Below, piece by piece: positions 1 through 8,716 of a stretch of 32,000 nt of DNA. The stretch's first letter is position 1, and every line of letters begins with the position of its first letter. The notes under the pieces were generated by a model, which had not been told where the DNA came from, searched no databases, and saw nothing but the letters and a program-made list of their open reading frames with translations. Made by a program: the position numbers and the translations under genes. The stretch comes from Synechocystis sp. PCC 6803 substr. PCC-P (lineage in GTDB: Bacteria > Cyanobacteriota > Cyanobacteriia > Cyanobacteriales > Microcystaceae), in contig NC_017039.1 of assembly GCF_000284455.1 (NCBI RefSeq), positions 3,480,001 to 3,512,000 of the forward strand, read 5' to 3'.

Positions 1-115
1 GGTCTGCTATGTCTATCGTCAATGATTATTTGTAATTGCAAACAAATTTGATTATCTTCAATGATGCTAATTTTAAACTTAAAGCTTTGTAGTTATTCGG
101 AAGTTAAATAGGGTT

Positions 116-1234
116 TTAATCTAAAGAAATCCAATGACCATTTAGCCTTTGCACAATTGCTGTTGCCTCTTCATAACTTTTAGCGATCGCCCAAGTATGG
201 TGGGTTTTGCCATTACTTTCCCGCAGATAAATTTGATTGGGTAACAGGGGATGGTCAGCGGTGGTACGGAGATAATCTTTGTTCAATTTGCTATGGAATT
301 GGGAATAGATGGACGTATCCCAGGGTATTCCCCGGTCCCAACCCGGCACCACCAAAGGATTAGCTCCCAATAAAATTTGGCACGGCACTAACATGGGGCC
401 TTTATAAATAGCATAGGCGATCGGCATACAGGTATTAATTGCTAAGGTGACTAATTCACCATATTTATGCATTAATGATTGTTGCCAATATTGGGTAATT
501 AAGGTGAAATCTAACCCCGCACTTCCCCTAGTATCTAAGAGTTTATTGAACTTTTCATATTCCGTTCGCACAGTGGTGATTTCCCGTTGCCAAGCATATT
601 CCAATGGACTTTGACCAAAAACTATCTTGCCTGCTTTGAGTAATTTCCATTTTTCACCAATTTTTAAAACGTCCAATTTTGCCGGTGCTTGTAGAGTAAA
701 TTGATAATTCTTCCCTGGGTTTTCATTAGTTGCTTTAAATAGTTTGGCGAAGCTAGCCAGGGAACTAAAATGGCTAAAGGATTCGGGACGAGGAAATAGA
801 TAAAATCCTTGGTTTTTGAGTTGCATTACCCAAAAGTTACCAACATTATTTTTTTCTAGAACATCTTCTTGGTCAATTAACAGAGAAACCCGCTGACAAT
901 AAACTTCTAATATTTGGGGAGTTTCGTGATAAATGTCAATAATTTTACTGATGGGTAAATCTAATAGAGGAGGGGGTTGTTCAACTATTAAATGGGGATA
1001 GGCATCGGCGGGAAAGGCAGTGGGTCGGCTAACTACAGTCTCAATTTGACTGATTTTTTGTTTAAGGACTTCTATTTCTTTGATTAAGTCAGCATTACTC
1101 TGGGTCTGAACTTCATTATTTTTTTGTGCTTGAAAAAATCGTAGGGCCGCAAACTCCTGTTGTAACTTAAGTTGATTTTTTTCCAACTGAATCAGCTTAG
1201 CTTGATTTAATTTATCCGGTTGATTGCCAGCCAT
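116..1234 (-). CDS. Hypothetical soluble protein: N-terminal Q/K-rich coiled coil, central module shared with the two upstream genes, unique C-terminal region
   Basis: 372-aa ORF. N-terminus is coiled-coil-like (KLIQLEKNQLKLQQEFAALR...DLIKEIEVLKQKISQIE). Central FWVMQLKNQGFYLFPRP...APAKLDVLKIGEKWKLLKAGKIVFG resembles modules in the next two genes of the cluster. Confidence 0.85.
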   Translation of the reverse strand: MAGNQPDKLNQAKLIQLEKNQLKLQQEFAALRFFQAQKNNEVQTQSNADLIKEIEVLKQKISQIETVVSRPTAFPADAYPHLIVEQPPPLLDLPISKIIDIYHETPQILEVYCQRVSLLIDQEDVLEKNNVGNFWVMQLKNQGFYLFPRPESFSHFSSLASFAKLFKATNENPGKNYQFTLQAPAKLDVLKIGEKWKLLKAGKIVFGQSPLEYAWQREITTVRTEYEKFNKLLDTRGSAGLDFTLITQYWQQSLMHKYGELVTLAINTCMPIAYAIYKGPMLVPCQILLGANPLVVPGWDRGIPWDTSIYSQFHSKLNKDYLRTTADHPLLPNQIYLRESNGKTHHTWAIAKSYEEATAIVQRLNGHWISLD

Positions 1235-1266
1235 GTTGTTTAATTTATCTCTTACTGTTAATGATT

Positions 1267-2472
1267 TTAATTAAACACGCCTTTTTCGACTATTTGCCAA
1301 CGGCGATCGCCGACTAGGAGAAGTTTAGCGGGCTTGACTAGGTTAGGGTTTTGTAAATTGCCATAGCTGTCAAAAAAGGAACTGTTAGTCAGTAGTCTTT
1401 GCCAGCGGCTGAGCATTAGATTCGGAATTAACCAAATTTCTTCCCCAATGGTAAAGGCCAAATAGGAAGCTTGGCTCCTTTCTCCTTCTTCAAATTCCTG
1501 GCGATCGCCAAGACTAAGATTGCCTGCCTTGCCATGGATAACACTTTCTGTGGGCTTAAGGTATTGGAACTGGGATTGATCATCAAAAAAATTCTTATTG
1601 CCCTGGTTAAAATTAGTGATGCAATATTCTAAGCTGAGGCCAAAAGATTGGGTTGATTTTTCGGTATTTTCTACTTCTACTAAGGCATCTATAGCTTGTT
1701 CTTCATTGCTTATTGCATGGCCTTTGGCATCGATACAATTATTTTCTAAAAAATAATTATAAACATCTGCCTCGATAATCGAATCTGGTGTATTCGGTTG
1801 ATTTTCACCTGGTAAAACAATATCAGTTTGGGTAACATTAATAACTTTGCGTTTTGCACCCCTAGTAAGCCTAGAAGCGGTAATTTTTTTTAAAGTTTTG
1901 CTTCCCATTTGTTGGAGAGATTTATTTTTACTAGGCTTAGTTGAAAAAGCATTCAACAAGTCAACTGCCAACTTGCCGACGACGATACTCAAACCTATGG
2001 TGCCAGCAATAAACAAATAAATCAGAATTATCAAGTCTTGGCTTTTCTGAACACCAATTTCAGTGGTGGTTTCTGCCCTACCCGAATTTACTGTGGGGGT
2101 TGGCGTCGGCGCAATGGTTGGACTGGTCGACTCGTCTGGATAGTAAGGGGTATTATTAACTTGACTTTCCTTTGTTCGTAAACCAATCCAGCCCCTTTCA
2201 TCTACAGAAAAAGTGACAATTTTATACCAGCAAAAACCGTCATAAAATTTGGCATAGATGTCAGACAAAGCAAATCTTCTGCCAGCGGGAATTTCGGCAA
2301 TAATTTCACCATTAATATTGGGAATATCGTAAACGTCCAAATTAAAATCAGAAAATGACATCTGATAATCCCTCATTGCTGGACAAGGATTATTTTGCTG
2401 AGCATAAACTGGACTAATGCTCCGAATTATTACAACAATAAAAACAATTGCAAAATTTCTCAGTCTATTCAT
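1267..2472 (-). CDS. Probable membrane protein: signal peptide, extracytoplasmic SH3-like domain, Pro/Thr-rich linker, TM helix, cytoplasmic C-terminal module
   Basis: The track ORF runs to 2520 from a TTG. ATG at 2470-2472 gives MNRLRNFAIVFIVVIIRSISPVYAQQ, a good signal peptide, so I prefer that start. SH3-like segment YDIPNINGEIIAEIPAGRRFALSDIYAKFYDGFCWYKIVTFSVDERGWIGL, TM segment DLIILIYLFIAGTIGLSIVVG, C-terminal module IWLIPN...KPAKLLLVGDRRWQIVEKGVFN. Confidence 0.85.
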   Translation of the reverse strand: MNRLRNFAIVFIVVIIRSISPVYAQQNNPCPAMRDYQMSFSDFNLDVYDIPNINGEIIAEIPAGRRFALSDIYAKFYDGFCWYKIVTFSVDERGWIGLRTKESQVNNTPYYPDESTSPTIAPTPTPTVNSGRAETTTEIGVQKSQDLIILIYLFIAGTIGLSIVVGKLAVDLLNAFSTKPSKNKSLQQMGSKTLKKITASRLTRGAKRKVINVTQTDIVLPGENQPNTPDSIIEADVYNYFLENNCIDAKGHAISNEEQAIDALVEVENTEKSTQSFGLSLEYCITNFNQGNKNFFDDQSQFQYLKPTESVIHGKAGNLSLGDRQEFEEGERSQASYLAFTIGEEIWLIPNLMLSRWQRLLTNSSFFDSYGNLQNPNLVKPAKLLLVGDRRWQIVEKGVFN

Positions 2473-2480
2473 AAATTCAT

Positions 2481-3287
2481 TTATTTGTCGCCAAAACTCC
2501 CTTTTGAAGTTAGCTTCCAATGATTTTCTTTAATTAACTCTAAATGAGCAGGAAACTTGAGTTCAAATCTATCTGATACGGCATTCATTTCAAATATTCT
2601 ACTATCATTATTTAGTTTAATTAATCTTGATATTTTCGGCATGGTAGCATTGGGAATTAAGTAGAACTGATTATTGAATTGAAAAATAAGGTAAATAGCA
2701 TTGGCTTTATCTGAAATTGACTTAAACTCTATAATTGGTTCCCCATCAATAGCTCGTCTATTGTCTTTAGATTCTTCTGTTAGCTCAACAGGAATAAAGT
2801 TAGGATGATTGAAATAATCGACATTTAGTTGTGCGTACTGCTCAAGAATAATTTTTACTTGATCAATTTGTTCTTTTTGTTGCTCTATTTCCCCTACTTG
2901 AAGTTCATTTACATTAAAGCTTTTTGGCCGATTGTCGTGGTATCGATTGACTGAATTTAAATAATTTAACTGACTGCTCAGGTCGGCTACCTTTGTGTGT
3001 AAAGTAATATTTTTTTCTTTATATTTTTGAATTTGATTACTTAATACATTTAGTTGTTGTTGCACTTGATTGATATCGGAAGTATTCAAAAGTATTTTTT
3101 TTCCTTGTGTTTCTACGGTTTCACTGATTTTTTTGACTTTTCTGAAGTCTGATGAAAATCCACGCATTTTTTTGTTATTTAAAATACTAATAGCAATACT
3201 AACCATTGAAAATATGAAGGCAAGTATTGAAGCGGTAATGGAGATTGATATCCACGACTGTTCTGATATAAGTTTAAAAAATTCCAT
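2481..3287 (-). CDS. N-terminal TM anchor plus coiled-coil protein with the shared C-terminal module
   Basis: 268-aa ORF. TM segment WISISITASILAFIFSMVSIAISIL, then coiled coil (INQVQQQLNVLSNQIQKYKEKNITLHTKVADLSSQLNYL), then FYLIPN...FPAHLELIKENHWKLTSKGSFG. Confidence 0.85.
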   Translation of the reverse strand: MEFFKLISEQSWISISITASILAFIFSMVSIAISILNNKKMRGFSSDFRKVKKISETVETQGKKILLNTSDINQVQQQLNVLSNQIQKYKEKNITLHTKVADLSSQLNYLNSVNRYHDNRPKSFNVNELQVGEIEQQKEQIDQVKIILEQYAQLNVDYFNHPNFIPVELTEESKDNRRAIDGEPIIEFKSISDKANAIYLIFQFNNQFYLIPNATMPKISRLIKLNNDSRIFEMNAVSDRFELKFPAHLELIKENHWKLTSKGSFGDK

Positions 3288-3336
3288 GAGTTTGATTTTT
3301 TACCTAATTTAAATTCTATGAGACTATCAATTATAT

Positions 3337-6300
3337 TTAAGATTTAGACCACTTATCTGCAATTAAATCAATAAAACATTTAAGTACGATTAAAAAAGTT
3401 GGCTCTGCTTCAAATTCAGATACTGGGCCATGTTTCCGAAGACAAGCTTTCTTAATACGAGATTTCAAAATTACTTGATCGTCATTGCTCAACTGATAAA
3501 GTCCAGATCCATCAAAATTTCTCAATATATCAACTTCATTTATTCCTAATTCTTTGACTGTCTGATTAAAATTTTTAATATAATTTTCTAATTGGGAAAA
3601 AGACGCAATTTCAAACTGATTTATTTCTTCCCACTCATCATCAGTTTGTAATAAATCTTCAGATCCATAATCCTTACCATTGATTGTGCAAGACTCCCCT
3701 AGAAAAGGATAAGTTTTCTGGTTAGTTGCAATGCCCTGAAGCTTTTCTCCATCTTCTGGAACAACTAACCCTCCACACACTTCTTCTTTGGGATATTCAG
3801 ATAGCGTAGAAACCTCTGGATTGTATGATAGCCCAGATGCTTTTGTTAAAAGTCCCTGAAAAAGAATATTTACTTCCGATGATTCTGAAAATTCACCTGT
3901 TGGAGTTAGCCAATGTAGAAATCGAGAACCATTGCCACCAAAGAGAAAAGTAGTTGCTATTCCATCCGTGAAATGCTTATTTTGTACGTGTAGTATTCTT
4001 TGGATTAGTCCAACATAGTGAAATAGACCTCCGACAGCAAAACTAATTAGCGTTCTGAATTCACGATTTCTCCGCTTGTCGCAGTTGATAGCATAACCTT
4101 CCGATAAAATTCTTTCTGCATTACTTCTCATATAAGTATCAAGGGCAGAATCAAAGTTATTACCACTTAATACTTTCGCAACATTACGAGCAGCTTCTGG
4201 CGGCAAACCAAAAATTTCATCAGTAAAATTAAGATTACTTTCTAAAATGCGGTGAAAGATATTTCTTCCAGCAAATGGCACCGAAACTTGATGTATTAAA
4301 TTGTTATCTTGCCAAATTGAAATATCTGATGTGCCGCCTCCAATATCAATACAAGTTGTGTTAATGAGATTCTTTTTGAGAATATCGGCAAAAAATTGTG
4401 CAAAAGCAACGCTTTCAGTTCTTAGTCCTCTGTCATCTACGATGTGATTTTGTCCACTGACTAAATTCAACTGGTCTAGTACACGCTTCCAAGTAATCTG
4501 GTAACGATTGAGATCCATCGTGGAAAAAGCAGATGGATAAGAAATGGACCATTTTACTTCTCGAACTTCTTGCCATGCCGCTTGGGCAGCAATCATGCGT
4601 GCCAGTTGTGATAAAAATGGACGCTGATGCTGTACTTTTTCCCATTTAATGTTTGTTTTAATAAACTCTTTATTGAGTTCATATTTATCGAGCCGAGGAA
4701 AATATATTCGACCATCTACCACAAGCTCTGGAATATCTCCATCTATTTCTTGCCATCCCCTGGTGGTTAGCATTGCTAGCATGGGAGGATTATTACCTTC
4801 CGGTAAAAGCAGATCAGGAATGAAAAATTCTCGATAAATTACTGTTTGAATATCTTCCAAACTGTGGGTGATTTTCAGCAAATTAGTTTGGAGTTGCAAC
4901 CTTTCTGGAGTACCGCTAGAGCCTTTCCGCACGTAAACATTGGTAAATGACGTGCCGAAATCTAATCCCACCGTCCAAGTGGTGGCATTTCCGCCCTGGG
5001 CTTTGGGTATCCGCAGAGGAATAAGACCAAGCGGCTGGGCATTTTTATCAATCGCCAGGAGGACATCGGGGTAGGCATCACATTTCCAGTACTGATAACT
5101 TTCCTGACCCGATCGTCGATTTTCCGCTTGGGCATTGGGAGTGGGCTGATCCACCCGAAAAGCTAACTCACCATACTCTTCCGTGGTTTCCACTAGCAAG
5201 AAATATTCTTTCCATAAACTGGGAGGCACATTGGGCCAAAGCGCCAAGGTGGGAAAATCCTGCTTAATTTCATTTTCCGCCTTGAGGGGATATTCCTGGG
5301 ACATTGTATAGGCCACAGGCCGCTCAAATCCTGATATTTGCACCGTCAGCGAAATCCGTACCCCCGGGCCTTCAGGAGTGGAAACCGGGGCTAACTCCAC
5401 CTGTTTTTCCAAATCTTCACTGCTGAAATATTCCCGCAGAAAGGGCTTAAAGGGTAACAGAATGGTCAGATTATCCAGATTTAGCTTTTGGTCTAACCAA
5501 GTGCCCGGTAACAAACCCTTTGTTTTGTGGAAATAAAGATTATCTTGGAAAATATCCGCCGGGGTAGCAAAAATGGCATCGGAACGCCGGTGAAGATTAG
5601 GATCAAAATTGAGCAGAGGGGACGCGTCAATAACATTAATTTCCTGGGGTTGTTTACCTAACAGTCCTGGTAGTTGTACTGGATCAAGAATATAAAGTTG
5701 CTTACTGGGATTGCGACTGGCTGAAGCAATTACCCTCACATTGGAAGGATTTTGTACCGCCTCCGCTGGATATAAAGCATTCAACGGAGGTGGAGCTAAA
5801 GGAATACCAAACGGTAAATTTTTTGTAGTAGGTTGAAAGACATTACTGGTGGTGACCCCCAAATCTTGGATATAGTCGTCAATCATCCCCGAAACCCGTC
5901 CCGCCAAATCCTCATTTTGGGGATTACGCATCAAATTACCCTTCAAATTTTCCAACCAAGGCAACAACACCTCCTTTTGATTGGGAGCCAAACCATTGCC
6001 AATGGGATTAGTGAAAAAGCCATTTTTTATCCACGCAATACGGCGACTTAAATGCTCAGGAAAATAACCCGTGGGGCAAACAATGGTGGCCGGACTAGTC
6101 ATACCGATCGCCACGCCGTCCAGTTCAAACAAATACAACTCCGCCCAGGGACCATCGGGGGGAACCATGGCCAACACATTATCTTTATCGTTGGGGCGCA
6201 ATTTCCAAAGACAGCGGGCAAATTCCTTATCTTGATAATCCTTGAGCCGCACCTGGGTGGCAGTGATCTTAAGATTTAAATTTTCCGCCAGGGCTAAAGC

Positions 6301-6555
6301 CGTTAATAAACCTCGATATTGCTCAATTAACCAATCCCGACTGGGGTATTGTCGGTTGCGAAAAGCCGAAATTAATTGCAACGGCCGAGACCAAGGACTA
6401 GGGATAGAATTTACTTCCCGGTAGGCTCCTGCTTCAAACTCCAAACTATTACCCAAGCGGTTAAACAATCCCACTCCCTCGGCGATCCATTCCCCTGGAG
6501 CAGCGCCACCAGCAAAATCTTGATTAGTTTTGGGAAGTAGGGGTTGGTTAGTCAT
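3337..6555 (-). CDS. Large protein with N-terminal extension of about 520 aa and a C-terminal actin/HSP70/sugar-kinase-fold ATPase domain
   Basis: 1072-aa ORF. Phosphate-1-like WTVGLDFGTSFTNVYVRKG, phosphate-2-like NTTCIDIGGGTSDISIW, adenosine-like FLFGGNGSRFLHWL. Confidence 0.88.
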   Translation of the reverse strand: MTNQPLLPKTNQDFAGGAAPGEWIAEGVGLFNRLGNSLEFEAGAYREVNSIPSPWSRPLQLISAFRNRQYPSRDWLIEQYRGLLTALALAENLNLKITATQVRLKDYQDKEFARCLWKLRPNDKDNVLAMVPPDGPWAELYLFELDGVAIGMTSPATIVCPTGYFPEHLSRRIAWIKNGFFTNPIGNGLAPNQKEVLLPWLENLKGNLMRNPQNEDLAGRVSGMIDDYIQDLGVTTSNVFQPTTKNLPFGIPLAPPPLNALYPAEAVQNPSNVRVIASASRNPSKQLYILDPVQLPGLLGKQPQEINVIDASPLLNFDPNLHRRSDAIFATPADIFQDNLYFHKTKGLLPGTWLDQKLNLDNLTILLPFKPFLREYFSSEDLEKQVELAPVSTPEGPGVRISLTVQISGFERPVAYTMSQEYPLKAENEIKQDFPTLALWPNVPPSLWKEYFLLVETTEEYGELAFRVDQPTPNAQAENRRSGQESYQYWKCDAYPDVLLAIDKNAQPLGLIPLRIPKAQGGNATTWTVGLDFGTSFTNVYVRKGSSGTPERLQLQTNLLKITHSLEDIQTVIYREFFIPDLLLPEGNNPPMLAMLTTRGWQEIDGDIPELVVDGRIYFPRLDKYELNKEFIKTNIKWEKVQHQRPFLSQLARMIAAQAAWQEVREVKWSISYPSAFSTMDLNRYQITWKRVLDQLNLVSGQNHIVDDRGLRTESVAFAQFFADILKKNLINTTCIDIGGGTSDISIWQDNNLIHQVSVPFAGRNIFHRILESNLNFTDEIFGLPPEAARNVAKVLSGNNFDSALDTYMRSNAERILSEGYAINCDKRRNREFRTLISFAVGGLFHYVGLIQRILHVQNKHFTDGIATTFLFGGNGSRFLHWLTPTGEFSESSEVNILFQGLLTKASGLSYNPEVSTLSEYPKEEVCGGLVVPEDGEKLQGIATNQKTYPFLGESCTINGKDYGSEDLLQTDDEWEEINQFEIASFSQLENYIKNFNQTVKELGINEVDILRNFDGSGLYQLSNDDQVILKSRIKKACLRKHGPVSEFEAEPTFLIVLKCFIDLIADKWSKS

Positions 6556-6657
6556 GGTTAGTCAGGCAATTAAAAATAAAGCTGGGGGAAGGGAAAAATA
6601 GGGTGCAATTAGCCTAGGTCAAAAAGCTGATTCACAGTTAAATGAACGTAAAGCGGA

Positions 6658-8145
6658 CTAAAGTAAATCAAACAGGGCATGGGCTAAGCCAAAAACGCCT
6701 TTATCATAACTTTTGCCCTCATCTGCTAAACGGTTCTTGATTGTGTCCAGGCGATCGCCACTTTGCGCCGCTTGACTTTTCTCCTTATCAATAATTAATT
6801 GGTGGAGATGTTCACGATAACCGGGGTTTTGTTTCAGATCGTCCAAATGTTTGAGCTGAAAAAGTTGCTCGCCATTGACATGGGCAGAGGAAACCTGTTG
6901 GGCCCATTGCAAAAACTTCTTGGCCCAGGCTGTGAGTAGATCATTTTTGGCCACTTCCTGGGCATTGTCCACCAGGGGTTTATCCTCTTCCCCTGCCCTA
7001 AGAGCAAAAAAGTGTTGGAACCAAGGAGCACCCTTCGCAAACTTTTTACCTCCCAACTTCCGGGCCGCTTCCAACTCCAAGGAAAAGTTATAGAACCAAG
7101 CGTAGGCAAAGCGCACTCCCTTACTGAGGGCTAATTTAGCGATTTCGTCATCCGGCAAGTCCGTCCAAATCAGACTATTGATATCCCCCCGACTGATGTA
7201 GTGGGCCACCGTTTCCCCCATGGGTTGATCGAAACCATGGTTAGCGGCCAGGGCGGCGTACAGTTCGACAAAATGGGCCCCATTTTCCTGATTTTTGCCC
7301 CCAGTGTGGGAATCATACCTAGTTTGGGCATTGTCCCCAATCAAGTACACACTATCAAAACAGCCTTGGGACTGCTCCGTTAAGTATTGCAATGCCGCTT
7401 GGGTATTGAGGGCAAAAAAGCGAGTTTCGGCAAACACCGTTTGATCGCCGTCGTCAGGACGTTCAAAGGCAAAGTACGGTAACAACAAAGATGCGTGAAT
7501 ACGAACTCGAAGATTGTCCTGTTTTAACTGATTACTAATTAGTTTAGCCAGGGTAGGAACCCCGGAAGCTCCTGTTCCCCCAAAGATACTGCCAAAGAAA
7601 TGCACCACCACATCATTGCCCCGACCTACCCCTAAATCCGTGGTTAGATTATTAAATAGCTGTTGCCATCCCCCAGCCTGGGTTTGCTGGAGACTATCCA
7701 GTTCTAAACGACTCATCACCGCTGAACCGATGGGAGGCCGGCCCCGAAACCCCACTCCTAGATCGGCAGTTTGTTCCGCTGGACTGTAAAGGGCATCAAA
7801 TAATTTTGCTAAGGGAGGAGCACTGGCCCGCAAAGCTTGTTTGTTAAAAACCCCTGCTAAGTTGTTGTTATGAACTTGGTCCCCCAGGGGATTCCAGGTG
7901 CCGTAGTGGAAAAATTGTCCACTCATTAAGGGGCTTTTCCCTTGGCCAAAAGCTTTTTGGGCATCGTCGGTGGTACGGAAGTTGACCCCAGTTCTTTGAG
8001 AGTTGCCGTTAGAGGTATCTGCATCGACCAATAAAATTCTTAGTTCGGAGTTGTCGCCGTACAGCCCCAGGGAATGGAGAAAAATGGCCGCTTCCACGCA
8101 TTTAGCTCCACTGCCCCCCACACCGATGGCATAAATTTTTTGCAT
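6658..8145 (-). CDS. Tubulin/FtsZ-superfamily-like GTPase
   Basis: 495-aa ORF. N-terminal nucleotide-binding MQKIYAIGVGGSGAKCVEAAIFL and tubulin-type signature VVVHFFGSIFGGTGASGVPTLAKLI (compare GGGTG[ST]G). Confidence 0.85.
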   Translation of the reverse strand: MQKIYAIGVGGSGAKCVEAAIFLHSLGLYGDNSELRILLVDADTSNGNSQRTGVNFRTTDDAQKAFGQGKSPLMSGQFFHYGTWNPLGDQVHNNNLAGVFNKQALRASAPPLAKLFDALYSPAEQTADLGVGFRGRPPIGSAVMSRLELDSLQQTQAGGWQQLFNNLTTDLGVGRGNDVVVHFFGSIFGGTGASGVPTLAKLISNQLKQDNLRVRIHASLLLPYFAFERPDDGDQTVFAETRFFALNTQAALQYLTEQSQGCFDSVYLIGDNAQTRYDSHTGGKNQENGAHFVELYAALAANHGFDQPMGETVAHYISRGDINSLIWTDLPDDEIAKLALSKGVRFAYAWFYNFSLELEAARKLGGKKFAKGAPWFQHFFALRAGEEDKPLVDNAQEVAKNDLLTAWAKKFLQWAQQVSSAHVNGEQLFQLKHLDDLKQNPGYREHLHQLIIDKEKSQAAQSGDRLDTIKNRLADEGKSYDKGVFGLAHALFDLL

Positions 8146-8155
8146 GGCTTAACCT

Positions 8156-8659
8156 CTAACCTCCATAAATTTTGCGTAATAACATTGACCCCGGTGGCAC
8201 GTAGCGCATGGATTTGGGAGTGGCTAGGGCCGTGGGCAGCCAGAAAATTAACAAGACATCGACAATGATGAAGCCCAGTAGCCAGAAAAATGGTTCTAGG
8301 TTACGGCTGTCATCAAACCAGCCGTTAAGGAAACTCAGACCCACTAGAGCCAACATGGTCACTACACCGAGGACAATGGCAAAAATCCACCAAAGACCGC
8401 CGGTGCTGAGCACGTCCTGGGCCTTGGTGAAGCCACTGCTGAGGGCTTTAGCAATCCAGAATAGGAGTAACAGCGCTCCCAATACATAAACCACGTAAAG
8501 GGTGGGGAATAAAATCTCTGCGGCCCATTTATCCAAGTTACCCCGGGATAAACTCAAAGGCAGTCCACTTCCCCCTAGCAACCATGGCTGTAACCCAAAA
8601 ATGACAATGGTGGCGATCGCTACTGTAACCACCAGGGCCACTATCTCCGTAATTTTCAT
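8156..8659 (-). CDS. Small multi-pass membrane protein (about 4 TM helices)
   Basis: 167-aa ORF with hydrophobic stretches IVALVVTVAIATIVIFGL, LYVVYVLGALLLLFWIAKAL, WWIFAIVLGVVTMLALVGLSFL, LEPFFWLLGFIIVDVLLIFWL. Its stop lies 10 nt from the tubulin-like start. Confidence 0.85.
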   Translation of the reverse strand: MKITEIVALVVTVAIATIVIFGLQPWLLGGSGLPLSLSRGNLDKWAAEILFPTLYVVYVLGALLLLFWIAKALSSGFTKAQDVLSTGGLWWIFAIVLGVVTMLALVGLSFLNGWFDDSRNLEPFFWLLGFIIVDVLLIFWLPTALATPKSMRYVPPGSMLLRKIYGG

Positions 8660-8716
8660 AACCCCTATCCTGCCGAACTAATACGTGAAGATTAGCAAAA
8701 ATTTTGATTAAGCAAT

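Noticed and set aside
3070-3312. 80-aa plus-strand ORF
   Set aside because: Antisense to the TM coiled-coil gene. The hydrophobic stretch comes from reading AT-rich coiled-coil and TM DNA backwards. I also considered it as a toxin-like small membrane protein, but nothing supports that.
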